The notes: a model not told the origin generated them from the letters alone. 64,000 nt of DNA from Octopus vulgaris (GCA_951406725.2 OX597834.1:34410001-34474000); one strand, 5' to 3'. Shown: positions 13,041 to 27,497, counted from the first letter of the stretch. Numbers and translations are program-made.

Positions 13041-15899
13041 AATTCTATTCTATAACAAAGGAAGGAGGTGATGTACTGAATGTTGTATGCAAATATTTCT
13101 AAATGCATTGAAATTTACTTCTTATTTGGAGAAAGAAAACAAAACCTTGCAGGAAAAATTAGTGACTCTTAAAACAAAAAAGGAAACAATCACAAAAGAT
13201 TAACACCTAATTTCATAGAAAATTATTTATTTTCATGCTTATAGAAAAAAACCCCCCTGATCTTTGTTATCAAACATGATGACACACAGACATACTGCAG
13301 TCTTATCAAATTTCATCAGCAAAGCATAGTAGTCTCAAACAGGGATTGTTATGGTTAGGATGCCTTTGGTTATAAATCTGGTCAATCAGAGTTGACCTGG
13401 GACTAAAGGACACCACCAACAACATCAAAATTTCACACAAACACAGTAAAATGTTTCACAATGACTCCTACTGTGTGAGTTGTGTTGTATGTGTATGTCT
13501 ATTACTGTTTAAGTCACACATCAGTTCTGATTCAGAAAATCTTTTTGATCAAAAACATTCCAGCCAAAATCATTCTGTCTTTTAGCCAAACATGAATTAC
13601 CTAAGACTACATGACTACGTTATCTATTGTGTTCTTCGTTCTTTTCTTAAGGTGTGACTTGTGCAAGATTTAGCTTCTTTTTCTAGTAGGTCAAGCAGCT
13701 ATGTTGATGCTCTCTTGTATGCATGTGGTGTATGTATGTCATTAAGTATTATAGAGCAGCTATTTCTTGTTTTGGTTATTCCATGAAAATATTGGAAACC
13801 TGTCGTAATTTCGTTATTTTTATTTTATTTATTTTTTGCCTTCAACTTCAGAGAACAAAAATAAATAAATAAATAAATAAATAAAACAACACCAACAAAA
13901 ACAAGTGTGAAAGTCTGAATATATGCATCCATGTGTTACTGCAATATTTGTGATATCATTTGTATGTTTTTCACACTCATATGTGGTCTAATACGTGTGT
14001 GTGTGTGCAATGTTTGCACAGCTCTACCTGATGAGGAAACAAATACAACAACAGATTGTCACTCATTATTCTTAAGATAGAGAAGCAAAGATGTGAGTAT
14101 ACATAAGATTAAGATGATAACGATGATGATAGTGGTGGTGGTCATAATGAAGATGATAATGATGATGATAAGGGAGGGTGGAAGGGCAGAAGAGTGAAAT
14201 CTATATAACCCCATGAAGGAACAAGGATGCTGATCTTTTCAGTGGAAAACGGTTTGAAAGCAATGTGATAATTTTGATATCAAATTGTATTATTGTTTGC
14301 TTTGTATTCCAAACTGACAGTAGAATGTAGGGGTGTGGGACAGAGAGGAAGGAGATGGTTGTCGGTGTGTAGGGGGTGTTAGATGAAGTTGCTTCTGTGA
14401 ATATGTTATGCAGCAATAATATCAACCAATGCTGCACACCACAGTGTTGTTGGTGTCGGTGGTGATGGGTAGAGGCAGGAGATGGAATGGTAAGTTCTAG
14501 CTATTTAATCATTCTATAGAGAGAAATACACAACACTCTAAGAACAGAGGCGCAAACATAATGATACATACATTACATAGATACATTCCATACATACATA
14601 CACAAAAGCACATAAAACCCAATAAATCATATATACAAACATACATTACATATGTACATACACACAAATTCAGTTACACCTGCACACATGATTGACTAAA
14701 ACACACACACACCACCACCACCAGTACAAATAGTAATGCATAAACATCAGTTCATATCACTTATGCAGACACACTCAAAACCACATACACATAACTCATA
14801 ACCAGACACAGCAACACATAAACATAGCTACACTTGTACAAATAGATTTACCAACATGTAGCTAGCCAGATAGTTAGCAACCATACCATACACCACCACA
14901 AAAACACACACACACACAGTGTTCAGCTCTTGAAACAAGAGACAGCATCAGTGCAGCCAGATGGAATACTGGCTTTTGTGACCAATATCAACAACAACAG
15001 CCTAACTGACTAGAAAGAGGGAGAAAAAGAGAGACTGTATGAGATAGAGAGAAGAGAGCGAGGGAAAGCAACCCAGTGGATCTGTTAGCTGGCAGTAACA
15101 GCTTCAACCAATCATGAGAAAATAAAACATAAGAGAAATATACAAACCCATCTCTATTTTAACAATACAAAGAGTGATGAACAGTGTGTGTGTGTGTGTG
15201 TGTGTGTAAAAATCATATTTATATAACTGTGCAGCTAGTTAGGATTTCTATTTGTATTTTGTCACTTCTAGATTTTGTCATTTTTATTTTCAATCTTATC
15301 ATTTTTACACCCATTTTTCCATGCTTGCATGGATTGGCTAGGTCTCAGTCTCACCTCCTGTTGCAGTACCTCATCATCTGCTACACACAATAACAGAGGA
15401 AATTGCCATTTTTCTTTTTTTTCTGATATGGCTTTTTTTACAGCTGCATGCTCTTCCTAGGACCAACCATTTCACTGCATGAACTGAGTATATCTTATCA
15501 TGCTACACTGGTGCTAGAAAGGTTTTCTGTGGCAGAACTAAAGTGTTAGCTGCTTAGTTATTGTTCACAGTTACTGCTCTCCTAGTAGGGTTGGGTTGCC
15601 TGCATTGCAACTTGCTTAGTCCCCATTTCTTTTACTTATTTCAGTCATTGGACTGTGACCATGCTGGGGTACCATCTTCAAAGTTCTTTTAATCAATCAT
15701 ATCAACTCTAGTATATATTTTTAAGCCTAGTATTTATTCAATTAAATTCTATTTGTTGAACTCCCAAGTTATGGGGCATAAGTAGAAACAGAGGTACAGG
15801 TATACACACACACAATCTTACTAATTGTATTGACAATGAGGTACAGGGATGGCTGTGTGGTAAGAAGTTTGCTTTTTTACCACATGGCTGCAGGCTCAA

Positions 15900-16085
15900 T
15901 AAAAATTTTTTAAATAACTGTTAAAATCAAACTGCACTCTTCAAAACTTACACTAAGAATAAGTACAAGGTAAAATTATTACCTGCTTTTATAGCAAGTT
16001 GATGCAGGTAGTTTATTCTGTCCCCCTCCAACTCTTAGTTCATGCAATTGTGAAAACTGCATTATTTATGGGATGACCCAATATA
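15900..16085 (-). mobile_element. Mariner-like terminal fragment
   Basis: Minus strand TA-TTGGGTCATCCCATAAATAATGC resembles a mariner TIR. Confidence 0.45.
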
Positions 16086-16315
16086 TGCATACATATACAG
16101 CACATATGCTTACATATGTAACATGCCAACATATATATGCAACTATGCCTATATACACATGCATGAATGCATGGATACATACATACATGCATATATGCAT
16201 GCATACGTACATATATACATCTGACATATACTGTATGTGTGTGTGTTTGTGAACACACACACATATATAGATATCTGCACACGTGCATGCATATGCATAC
16301 ATACATGTATATGCA

Positions 16316-16361
<46 letters not shown>

Positions 16362-17169
16362 TGCATATACTCATGCATACACATACATATATGTTTTTAT
16401 AGGACAATTTATGAACAATACTATTGTTGTTTACAGGTTTACCATGAACCAATCATCGGTTCACTACATTTCTCATGATAAGAATGACAAGGGAGTGTCT
16501 AACTTGATTCAAGAAACTTCATTAGTAAAGCACTGGCTTTCCGGGTTTTCTATCCAATGCTTGTATCTTAATAGTAAATCAGCTAGTTGGCTGATTTAAC
16601 ATAACCAGTCTGCATAAGCCAGAGCCCCTCCTTTCCAGTGTTGGCATTTGAAAAATAACTGATTAGTTATTTTGATCAGTACAGACAAACCAAGCTTGCC
16701 TTCCATCTTCTTAATAATGGATTTTTAAATCAAAAACAAGGTAAAAAAAAATATAAACCAGTGTTCTTGTTTTACTTTCTGTTAACTCATTCTTCCCAAT
16801 CTTGCATTGCAGTGGCTTTCTGAAAAACACACACACATAGATAAAGGGCTTCTACTTAGTGTCCATCTACTAGGTGCTACCCATAAGGTATTGGTCAACC
16901 TAAGGTTATATTAGAAGACACCTGCCCAAAGTACTCTGCAGTCAGATCAAACTCAAAACCATGTGTTTGTAAAGTAAATACATGAACCATACAGCATAAT
17001 TGCACTCATAACTGCTAGGTCATTTTGCCAGTGTAAATCATCTCAGTGTTATTAATTATACCAGTGAACAGGGGGAACTCAGACATGGCTAATATGAAAA
17101 TCAAATTCCTATGGAAAGAAAGCTTTACACCTGTCAAAAGTATATACATGTACACACACACACACACAC

Positions 17170-17806
17170 AAGAAAATAAAATGACAAAGGAATAAATAAT
17201 TATCTTATGAACTTCATTAGCTTTACAGCTGTTTCTGCTATAAAATGCAGTGGACTCATAGTTGAGTGCTTGAGTAGCACCTTGTAGCTTCATTGGAGCC
17301 TCAAATATGAAATGCAGTTTATTAGGGAAAAGAATTACATTTATGTATATACAAAAAAAAAAGCATTATCAATGAGAAAGCCAACATGTATGTAATGTTT
17401 TTTTCTATATATATATATATGAGGGGGGTACCCAAAAGTAATCGGAAACATTCTCTGTAGGACAAGCCTGTTGTAGTTCAGGCTTCCGACACTAGAAGGC
17501 ATTTGATACACCCTTCAGGCATATGTTGACCACCAACGTCAAGTGTAGTCCTACTACCACATGGTCCATCTTTGCTTTGCAGTGCTCCTCCCCTGTTCAT
17601 CGATTTTTTTTTTCTGAAAAAACACGCACATAGATAAAGGGCTTCTACTTATTTTTTTCCCAAATAAATTGCACTTCATATTCAAGGCTCCAATGAAACT
17701 ATAAAATGTTACTCACATACTCAACTGTGAATCTACTGCATCTTAAAGCAGAAACCGCTGTAAGCTAATGAAGCTCATAAAATAATCGTTTTGTCATCTT
17801 TTTCTT
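17170..17806. repeat. Diverged long inverted repeat: arms about 17177-17330 and 17652-17805
   Basis: cttcattagct...tttctgct...tgcagt...gttgagt...ttcattggagcc...aatatgaa recurs as its reverse complement about 320 bp downstream. Confidence 0.85.
17417..17610 (+). mobile_element. Truncated mariner-like element end inside the inverted-repeat spacer
   Basis: tatgaggggggtacccaaaagtaatcggaa follows (TA)n and resembles TA-CGAGGG-type mariner TIRs. Confidence 0.5.
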
Positions 17807-18102
17807 ATTATCACTCTGTACTTGACTAATGCTTCATTTTGAACCATATCTACACTGAGTTCTACACTAGGTCATTAGTCTCAGAATGAATGAATGAATG
17901 TATGCATGCATGCATGCATGCAACTGTGGCTATATGGTCAAGAAGCTTTCTTCCCAACTATGCAGTTTTGGGTCAGTTCCATTGCACAGCCTCAGGCAAG
18001 TGTCAGGCTGACCTAAGCCTTGAAAATTGATTTGGTAGCCAGATGTTCATCCTGTTTTCAACCCTTTTAGTTAATTCTTATGATATGCAATAATCATGAT
18101 GT

Positions 18103-18142
<40 letters not shown>

Positions 18143-19789
18143 AATGGCCATAAGGCCCCATACATACAATACAAAATGCACCATACAAAAGGATTGCAAA
18201 ACCAAGGGATATACATATGTATAATAAATTGTAGGGTGGGGAAATAACACAATATGTTACGTAAAGTTAAAAATTTGACGCACAAAACAAATACAAAGGT
18301 AAGAAGTTAACACCTAAATAGTGTAATGGCATCCTATGGCTAATTACCTCCCATTCTGATCACTTTCAAAATTACACTTGAGCATGTTTATCTAGAGTTG
18401 AACTGAAGAGCCCCACATCCACAAGGCTGTAATCTTTCAACTGTTGATAGACCACTCACTTTGTCTTCAATAACTATTTATTAGACTGTAATCATCTCCA
18501 TTTCCTCATCAATCAAAATAGTTTTTAATTGGTTTTCTTTTACACACAGTGTCAAAATCAAGTAATATGGGTGCTTAAAAGTAAGGCTTCATGAGAGAGT
18601 GGGTACTCCTTGAACATCCATCTTTTTGCTTGCCCCTTCTCATGGATCACATATTTGTTCATTCCCTTTTTCTTGCTGCCTCCAACAGCTTCCCACCCTT
18701 TTTTTTTTTTGCATCTACCTCCCCATCATTCCAAGATGATATTACTGCTGCACTCAGCCTCTGGTCAGTCCTGTGCTGGAGAGGACGCCTTGGCTTCTCA
18801 GTTGTCAGCCTTCATATATGTAGCACTGAGGATGAGGCAATTTCATTCCATTCCATCTGGTTATATTCAGAGCTATGACTCGAAACAATGGTAACAATAG
18901 TCATGTTCTTCACCTCAAAGCCTACTGTTATTGGTGTTACATGAAATGCTCTCATTTTTGCTCCTTTTGTATTCCAGACAGAAGACACTCAGCAGCTTTT
19001 ACTATCACACATGTAGCAACTGAACCTTCTGCCCTGCACCAACAATCTGATTTACCTTTGCTCCACTCACTAAGAGGGATACAGTTCTGGGATGGCTTTC
19101 TGATTTATTGGGCTCATTAGTTGCAATCATTCCAATGCTTATCATATATACATACTATTGTACAAAAGTCACAAGAAAACCATGGTTCAATGCCACTGCC
19201 AATATCCCTGGCCCCTCATATTTTGGATCCCCATATTCTGAGATCCATGCACTATACAAGTCACTCCTTTTGATTCAAAACATTTGCAAAAGATAGAATA
19301 TTGTTATTGTTGTTATCAACACTGCTTACTTCTTACCTACTCAATGTTACAAACACTATTTTTCTTGTGTCTTCTATTGAACAACTGCAAGTGTTTAGAT
19401 CGAAGTTCTATGTCCTTTGAGATTTTCATAATTGCTTTTTAAATGCTTTTTTTAAATATTTTTTCAATTAAAAATAATTTGAGGATATGCTTGCTGATAT
19501 TATTAAGGTTGTTGCTACCACCACTGTGGTGAGAACCTCTTGCTCTTTAACTTGAGGTGCATCTTGCATTGTATGTAAATACTGTAAAAGGCTATTTGCC
19601 AAAATTATAAAAAAAGTTAAAAACATCAAAGACAAAACCCTCCTCCATACCAAACAACTTGAAAGCACTTGGCTAGCAAAAGTGGAACAAAAAAATCCTT
19701 TTTCATAAGGTAATCTGGTCAAAAGTTACACCTTTGTGGAGCTCCAACACAGATGTCTGCTCCCCTCAACAGTGATAATAAGAGTAATG

Positions 19790-19823
<34 letters not shown>

Positions 19824-20272
19824 TAACAATATTTCTTGCACTGAACTGAAAAACCAGATCGGAACATGCATGTACTATTTCTTGGAATCAGCTTTGGTCA
19901 GCAGACCAACAACAAAAAGGATGATAATAAAGGCAACTTGAAAATCAGAATAATCAAGACTAAAAACTGATCAAAGATTAAAGGTCAAGCAGAAATAAAG
20001 AAAATATTGAGTTGCAGCAAAAAAAAAAAAAAAATCAATTGATAATATTTTTTGATAAAGTTTTCTTTTGGGAAAATGGGATGGGAGAGAGAGACTGACG
20101 GCAGGATTAATATTTTATTGAAATTCTTTTTTGGTTGAAAAACAATACAACAGGTTAAAAACAGTTAGAAAGATGGTTTTATTACTTAGCTAATACTGAC
20201 TGATGAACTTATTTGTTTCTAAATCATGCAGCAGCAGTAGCAGTAACAACAGCAGCAGCAATAGTAGTTGTA

Positions 20273-20323
<51 letters not shown>

Positions 20324-20431
20324 GTTGAAGGAGGCGCTATACAGATAAGGAGGAGGGTAGCAAGCATCTACACCCACATAGAAAGAGATGTATTACGAGA
20401 CCATTCTTTGTAGAATGCAGAAGGAACTTAC

Positions 20432-20467
20432 CGGTTTTGTGCACACAGGTTTTCTTTCCATTTTATT
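20432..20467 (-). CDS. SCAI: Candidate 36-nt alternative cassette exon of SCAI (adds IKWKENLCAQNR)
   Basis: Minus strand: ccaattctctctactaacag|AATAAAATGG...ACAAAACCG|gtaagt. The donor is a perfect consensus, and the exon is symmetric and stop-free in phase 2. Assignment to SCAI is inference. Confidence 0.5.
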
Positions 20468-23400
20468 CTGTTAGTAGAGAGAATTGGAGTCACAAATCAG
20501 ATGTCAGTAGTTGGTGCCTACTGAGAAGTCTAAGAGTCTAAGTATAGCTTCAACAAGGTAAAGAAGGAATTAATAGCTCATGGTAAAACATGATAGAGGA
20601 ACCAAGTCATTTTAGAACTGTTAAGACAGTAGAAGTTAAGACTTCCTATTGAAATAGAAGCCAAGACAGTACTGTTACAAGTTGCTCAGACAAGACAATC
20701 AGTGAGAGCAATTTGAACAAGAGTACGATATTTCAAATAAAAGAAGAGAAAATAAATAAAAAGAAGAAAAGAATGAGACAATCATGTAATCCCTTGCAAT
20801 GTAAACAGTCTTTAAAAAGAAAAAAAGGATTTGGAAATTCTTATATTCCAGGTAAGTGCAGTGGATATAGAGGTGCAGAAGTTGTCACAACAATATACAA
20901 GTAGAACAAATCAAAGCATTTTAACAGATTGACTTCTCACAGGATAAGAGATGGAAAATTATGACAACCACATAGCTTACATGCAGGTTTCATGATCTAA
21001 TTTAATGCTGAGCAGAGAGAAAAAGAAAGTTTCTTTTGTTTGTTTGTTAAAATTTAATTAAAACAGAAGTTTTAAAGTCTCATATAAAATTATACATTTG
21101 AAAGAATGTAATCTGAAACTACATGAAAGAAGAGATTAGTTATGATTATTAAAAATAAGCTCTGTTGAAATATGGAAGTAATAGGTTTCTAGGCAATAAC
21201 ATAATTGATGTGTAGCAATTGTTGTGGTAAGCAAAATGGTTGTTACTGACTGTTACCATTATTTATATTACAACCACTGGCTCTGGCTTCAATGCAAGGC
21301 ATAAAACTGTATGGTTGTCTCAGTTTGTCCAAGCTGACAACAGTCTCCATTTTTTCTTTATGGTTGAAAAATAAAGTAAGTGGTAGGAAAGGCATATCCA
21401 GTTGTAAAACCAGCAATCCTACGCATACTTGTATGGGACATTAAATGAGAGAAAGAGAGAGAAGAGGGCAGACAGGCAATGAACAAGTGACTGGATTTCC
21501 TAGCTTAATTCCTAGCATTATGAAGCCATAGCCACCTCACCTCTTCAGTAACAAAAAAAAAAGTTTGTTGGTTTCATCTCAATGCTATATCTCATAGTTC
21601 AAATACATTCATGGATATAGACATTGCTCCTTATTTTTATAATTGTTGTGTCTGAGGAAAAATATATTGTGTGTAGACCCAGAGGCTCAAGTAGGAAGAG
21701 GAGCATAAGGAAACTTTCATTAATAGAAGTGGGAGACAGGTTGGAGCAATAAGTTATATGCAAAAGACAGGCTAACTAGTTTAAAGGATTTTATTCATGA
21801 GTGTAGAGAATTGTGTCATCTGAACATGAATAAATGGTGTCAGAGGTGATAAATGTTGAGGAGACAACAGTTCCTTAGATGATGGAGACAGAACCAATAT
21901 AGTACAGATAATGAAGATTTTTTTTTTTAAACAAGTTATTAGTTTTTTGTGTAATCAACAGAAAGAAGATTTTTCAAAGGTTTTTCTCATACATTTTGTG
22001 CAACAGCTTTAGTTTATTCTCTCTAGAGAAGAGTTTGGAATGTCAAATTCAATTACTGTGAGAAGTAGAAAGTCTAATGTCTTGGCTCTTGCTTTCCAAC
22101 ACAGTAATTGGATTTAGCTCGCCTTCCATAAACTCTCCCTTTGATTTATCACTGCTGACACACACTCCGATCAATTTTATTTGGTTCTGGACTTCACCCT
22201 ATTCTCTCTATAGCTACAGATTATTTCTGTAAAGATGACCAATGGATCTGGCTTAGTTGTCCACAATATTATCGTCCCTTGTGATAATAGCAGTATGGTA
22301 GTTTTCAACTGACCTTATGCATACATGGGATTTACTTCATTGCTTGTGATGTTGCCTCTGTACAATAAAGGAAAAATCTACATGATCACCTGACTTGCTA
22401 AAAGTAGCTGCTAAATTTCCTCCAAATCACAACCTACTATTTTAAAAATTAATAAAAGATGTGATGGTCACAATTGGAACATCTTTAAAGTTGACCTGGA
22501 AATAAACAACAAGCGTGATAGTTGGAGAAGTTAAGAAAGTATTTTACGGAGAGATAAAGAATATTGCAACATAATTCCAAGATTCTAAATAGCTACCTAC
22601 AAAAACACAGATACTGTAAAACTTCATAGAAGTCAATAACTACCCACAAAAATGCAGATATTGGAACACTTCAGGACAGAAAGCAATTCTGAGGTAGATC
22701 ATTTGACAGTAGCTGCTAGGATGTCACCTGATCTTTGCAGCTTAGGCAATCTCATAACCCTAATTACTTCAATCTCCCTAACAACAATACCATGCTCACT
22801 TTGCAGTTGAGAGATTGCTGTTAAGAAAATCAGTATATTATATGAATTCAAATATTCAAAATAACTAAATTAACCAACCAATATTGGATATTAAGGAGAG
22901 ATGAAAACACAAGGTTATGCCTACATCTAAGAAACTTGTTCACAAACACATGTTCCCAGGATTCAATGTCACTACATGGCATGTTAAGAAAGTATTTCTT
23001 ACTATTGTAGACTCAGGTTGATAAATGCTTTATGAGCAGGATTCTATAGGTGGAAATAATCCAGAACCCTTCTGTGTGTGTGTGGGGGGGTTAAAATGGT
23101 GCATCATGTTTTGTCACTTTGCATCAAAATGCAAGTTAGCAATTCAATAAAAAGAGATTGATAAAATAAGCACCACAGTAACCAGAAGATAGAAATATTT
23201 TATCGATTAAAACTCTTGAAGTTGGTTTCCCTGCATGGACACAGTCCACTGGATGAAACCAGTAAAATATATAGAGAGAAAAATAAAAATACAAAGCCAT
23301 TATAAAAAATATACAGTAATATTTTTATAAGATAGTACAATATTTTTATAACACAGTTCAATATTTTCATAGCACAACATCTCAATATTTCATTTGTTGT

Positions 23401-25294
23401 ATTCCCTAAAATGTCCATCTCTGCTATCAAGAACTTTTAAGAGACTTTATTTCTCTATAACAGTGTGTTAATGAAAGCCACATAGCTACTTTATCATTTC
23501 AGAAAGAAAATTTTTCAGTTATAATGAAAATGCTTCTCTCTCATTCGTTCTTCCTATAGCATATAATGGTTAGGTGATATTGTAAGCAATAACACTAAAG
23601 AATTCCATCATTAGACCAACTGAATGTTGAAACTGTTACTTTGCATGAGATAGCCTACTTATGGTTGGTAGAGGGTGTCTTCTTAAAATAAGAACCAGAA
23701 GGAATGTAGGTGGGGGGGGCAGAGATACAAATGTAGTTTCAGATACACAGTTCTTCTAAAGTGACATAAAATTCAAGTCCAACTGAATAGAATTTTTCAA
23801 GATTCTCTCTTTCTCTCTGTTAGTTCCCTTCTCTTTATCCCAGTCTACTCTAGCTCTTCTCCCCTATCTCATTCCTGTCCTTTCTCTTGGCATCTCCCCC
23901 CACTCTCATTCTGTTTATTCCAAACTCCTTTCCATTACCATTCAGATATATTCAGTTTGTCTTTGTCAAGGACATCAATTACATAGGTCAGTCATCATCA
24001 ACAGCAGCTTACACTTGTTTTAAACACAATTACAGATGCATCACCATTTTGTGAATTACAGAATTCATGTAGCATTGTTCCATCATTGTGTCTTTCAAAG
24101 TCAACAATGTCTGGGGTCGCTGTGGGTCATATGAGTTTCCAATTTTCCTTAAAATGCAAGCAATATGAAGAATATTTTGGGGGGAATTTTGGCCAAAGTC
24201 TCATTCCTATTAAAAACCTTAGAGACACCAGTATCAATTGATTAAATCAACCCCATCACTTGAATGTTATATTTTATTGATCTTGAAATGATAAAAGGTA
24301 ATGTTGATCCCAGTAGGATTTGAACTTAGTATGTAAAGGACAAAATGTTACAAGATGCACTATCAATTCTGCCAATCCACCACATTAGCAAATCAATGTT
24401 AATAACTGAGAATTAAAATCAGATTGAGGATTTGCCTTCCAAGGAACTTGTCTCTTTTCTATAGCACTAGAAATAATACTTATTACTTATATTAGCTACA
24501 AAACAAATTTTTCTTGGGCTGAACTAAAGTTGACTGAATGAATCCCAGTATATAGCTGATACTGTATCATCTGTGGAATGTAGACAACAACAGCAAAATT
24601 TGAACTCAAAACGTATAACAAACTAAATACTGTTCTGTTTAGTCCATTCTATCTTTCTAGAAAGACAGAATGGACAGAGGTCACAGGATGCATGACAAAA
24701 AAACAATAATAAAGCTAAAGTTAAGAACAAATATGTAGTGCATGTGTTTATCTGGCAAAGAGAAAAAAAAATACCATCCCAAAATATAACAGTAACTTTT
24801 TAACTATTTTATTGCAACTGGAAATAGCAAAATGATGTGTTACATTGATTTCAGAGGAAGTATGGTAGCTAACATGAATACAGTGACCATGACAAAAAGA
24901 AAATGCCTGACACTGCAGGCTAACACAGATGACTGAAGAAAACAAAAGAACAGAGAACTTTCTCTTCTCTTCCTCAGTAAAGGATCTAAACCTGAAACAG
25001 TGGACATTTTTTCCTTTCCTTGTGGCAACTACATTTATTTTAATTCCTACACTTCCTTTTGGATAATTTGTTACTGATGCAGGCCATCAGGGTTTTCTTC
25101 TGATTTTAGACTTCACATTGATTTGACCTGATAGAAGTTATACATTTACCGTGTTGGTCAATTGGTTCAGAAGAACTACTGATTACATGATGGCAAGTTG
25201 AAATCATACAACAGCTGTTTTTATGTTAGTTTTGTTTTGCATTTGGTTGAAAGCTTTGCCTACTTTGAAGTGTCAAGCTGACATCATATTCCCT

Positions 25295-25705
25295 CCTGTA
25301 CTTCATTGTTCAGCTTTTAGTAATGGGAAGGACAGCATAAACAACATATTCCACCCTTACTTCACAGTTGAGTTGTGATCAGTGCAAAAGACAGTATAAA
25401 TGTCACATTTCACTCCTTACTTCAAAGTTAGCAGAGGGAAAGACACAGTTCAATAGTTAATAATGGGAAAGAAAATATAAACTGTTTCAACACACGATTT
25501 CACAAAATATAAACAGCAGATTCCACCCCTACTTCACATTTGGGCTGTTAGTGGTGCAAGGGACAGTATAAACAGCAGGTTCCACCCCTACTTCAAGTTG
25601 GTTCCACCCCTACTTCAAGCAGTGGGAAAGTTAGTATCAACAGCAGATTCCACATTCTACTTCACAGTTGAGTAGATAACAGTAGGAAAAACAGTATAAA
25701 CAATT
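25295..25705. repeat. Degenerate ~60-bp minisatellite
   Basis: gacagtataaacagcagattccacccctacttca recurs through the region. Confidence 0.8.
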
Positions 25706-27460
25706 GGTCCAACTAGAAGCCACACACCCATCACTACCCACTCACAATAACATAGTAAAATAGGTGTAAAACAGTTAGGAATAAAATATTCAACAGAATA
25801 AGAATCAGACACTAACAAAGTGACAAAGCTCTTTTGTTGCAAGTTGGACAGTAACAGGGGTGGGGGTGAGTTTGTGCATGAGTTTACATACAACCTTTTG
25901 TATGGTTGCTTATGTGTGAGCTTCATGTGTTTGTATGTGTGGATGTTTTTGTATATTCATATTTGCATGTGTTTGTGTTCATATATGTACATATGTATGT
26001 ATGTATGTGTGTGTGTGTGAGTGTGTGTGTGTGTGTTCCGTCTGCACATACATTTGTAAGTTCATGTGTGTACTTTTCATTTTTTAATCTAATAAGAGAA
26101 ACAAAGGAGAGAGGGGGAGAGCAGGAAGATTGGTGAGAGAGAGACAGCAATACTCAAGCACATTGAATTCTGTGTGTGTGTGTGTTTTCTTGATGACTCT
26201 CATAGAATATGTCAAGAATATATTTAAACAACAGATAATTCAAGAGAAAATGGGCTCAGATTACCAGCTCAGTGATTGGAAACAGGAACCTTGGAGTATT
26301 GGAAATTATGAACCATAAATTTATAAAGTAGTTATAATGTATTAAGGAATTATTTACATCTATGTATTGCATTCTGTAATTTTGGTGCTTTTTGGTTAAT
26401 CAACAGAAATTAATAAAAGATTGAGAAAGATATACTAAATACAATACAAAATTTATTGAAATTATTTTCACTTCAAGAGAAGGAAAACAATCACCCTGGT
26501 GGTTTGAAGAAAGGCAGCATCTGTGATAAATCCTGAATAAGAAAAGATAATCTCAAGGATTTCAACAATTCTTTTGAATTGACATGCCATTAAGAAATAA
26601 TGGGTGGGGGGCTGAGTATAAATATGTGTGTGTGTGTATATATATATATATAAGCACAAATAGAGACTATTTGAAATGTTTTACATATCTTCCTCATTTC
26701 AATCATTGATTAGATGTATGGAATGTAAAGCTTACTCCATAAACTATGGAGTATAAATGCCTGGGGCATGTACCAATAATTGAGGGTATTAGCAAGAACT
26801 TTTCTTCAGAGTGAATTGTGTAATATATTAGTGATTACTAGTATAAATGAAGATCTATAATCATGAAACATTGACCAATAAACTGTTGAGTATAGCCATG
26901 AGAATGTGTGTGTGTGTGTATGTGTGTTTATTAACTGAAGATTACTGTATCACACTAAAACTTGGGATTTTGCCACTCCATGACACAATGAGTAATGTCA
27001 CAAAGTAGTGAAACTTTGAGGTACAATTTGATACTCTAATCTTTATCTTATGATAAACAAAGACATACTGCATTCAACAAATAAGCAATTGAGTCCTCTT
27101 TTGATCCGTGATTGCTTAAATTTGTGTCTATACATATATACACATATGAATGCATGCACAGAGACACATATATATATGCATACACACATATTCTTATCAC
27201 TTAATCAGAGGGCTTCCATGACAGATAGGGAGAAGAAAGTTATCTTCAGACCATAAACCTGGTCTCAATGCTTGCAGCAAAAAGGATTCAGTTAAAGAAA
27301 CTCAAGGGCCATGGGCCATATGACAATGTAAAACCAGGCAACAAATTAATGTACATGCCTTGTATGTGTGTGTGTACACTGAATAAACTGTTAAAGATAA
27401 ATCTTGAAACCCTCCTAAATCAATATAATATATATCTACACACACACATGAAAATATGCT

Positions 27461-27497
<37 letters not shown>

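Noticed and set aside
16574-16598. Short hairpins (also near 26734, 31755 and 59408)
   Set aside because: Stems of about 9 bp are expected by chance in 64 kb of AT-rich DNA.
18560-19260. Possible ancient LINE endonuclease relic (KPWFN); also 21640-22330 and 33540-34140
   Set aside because: Too decayed to support by eye; it needs a translated search against repeat protein libraries.
20820-20860. Perfect plus-strand donor CAG|GTAAGT
   Set aside because: No upstream acceptor with a coherent protein-like exon was found, and there is no evidence for a nested plus-strand gene.
25295-25705. Repeat-spacer-like pattern (ttccacccctacttca recurring)
   Set aside because: The intervening sequences are homologous to each other and the context is eukaryotic, so it is a degenerate minisatellite, not a CRISPR array.
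26495-26532. Possible 38-nt minus-strand exon (ttttcttattcag|...CCAGG|gtgatt)
   Set aside because: It has a weak donor, is not frame-preserving, and has no supporting motifs.
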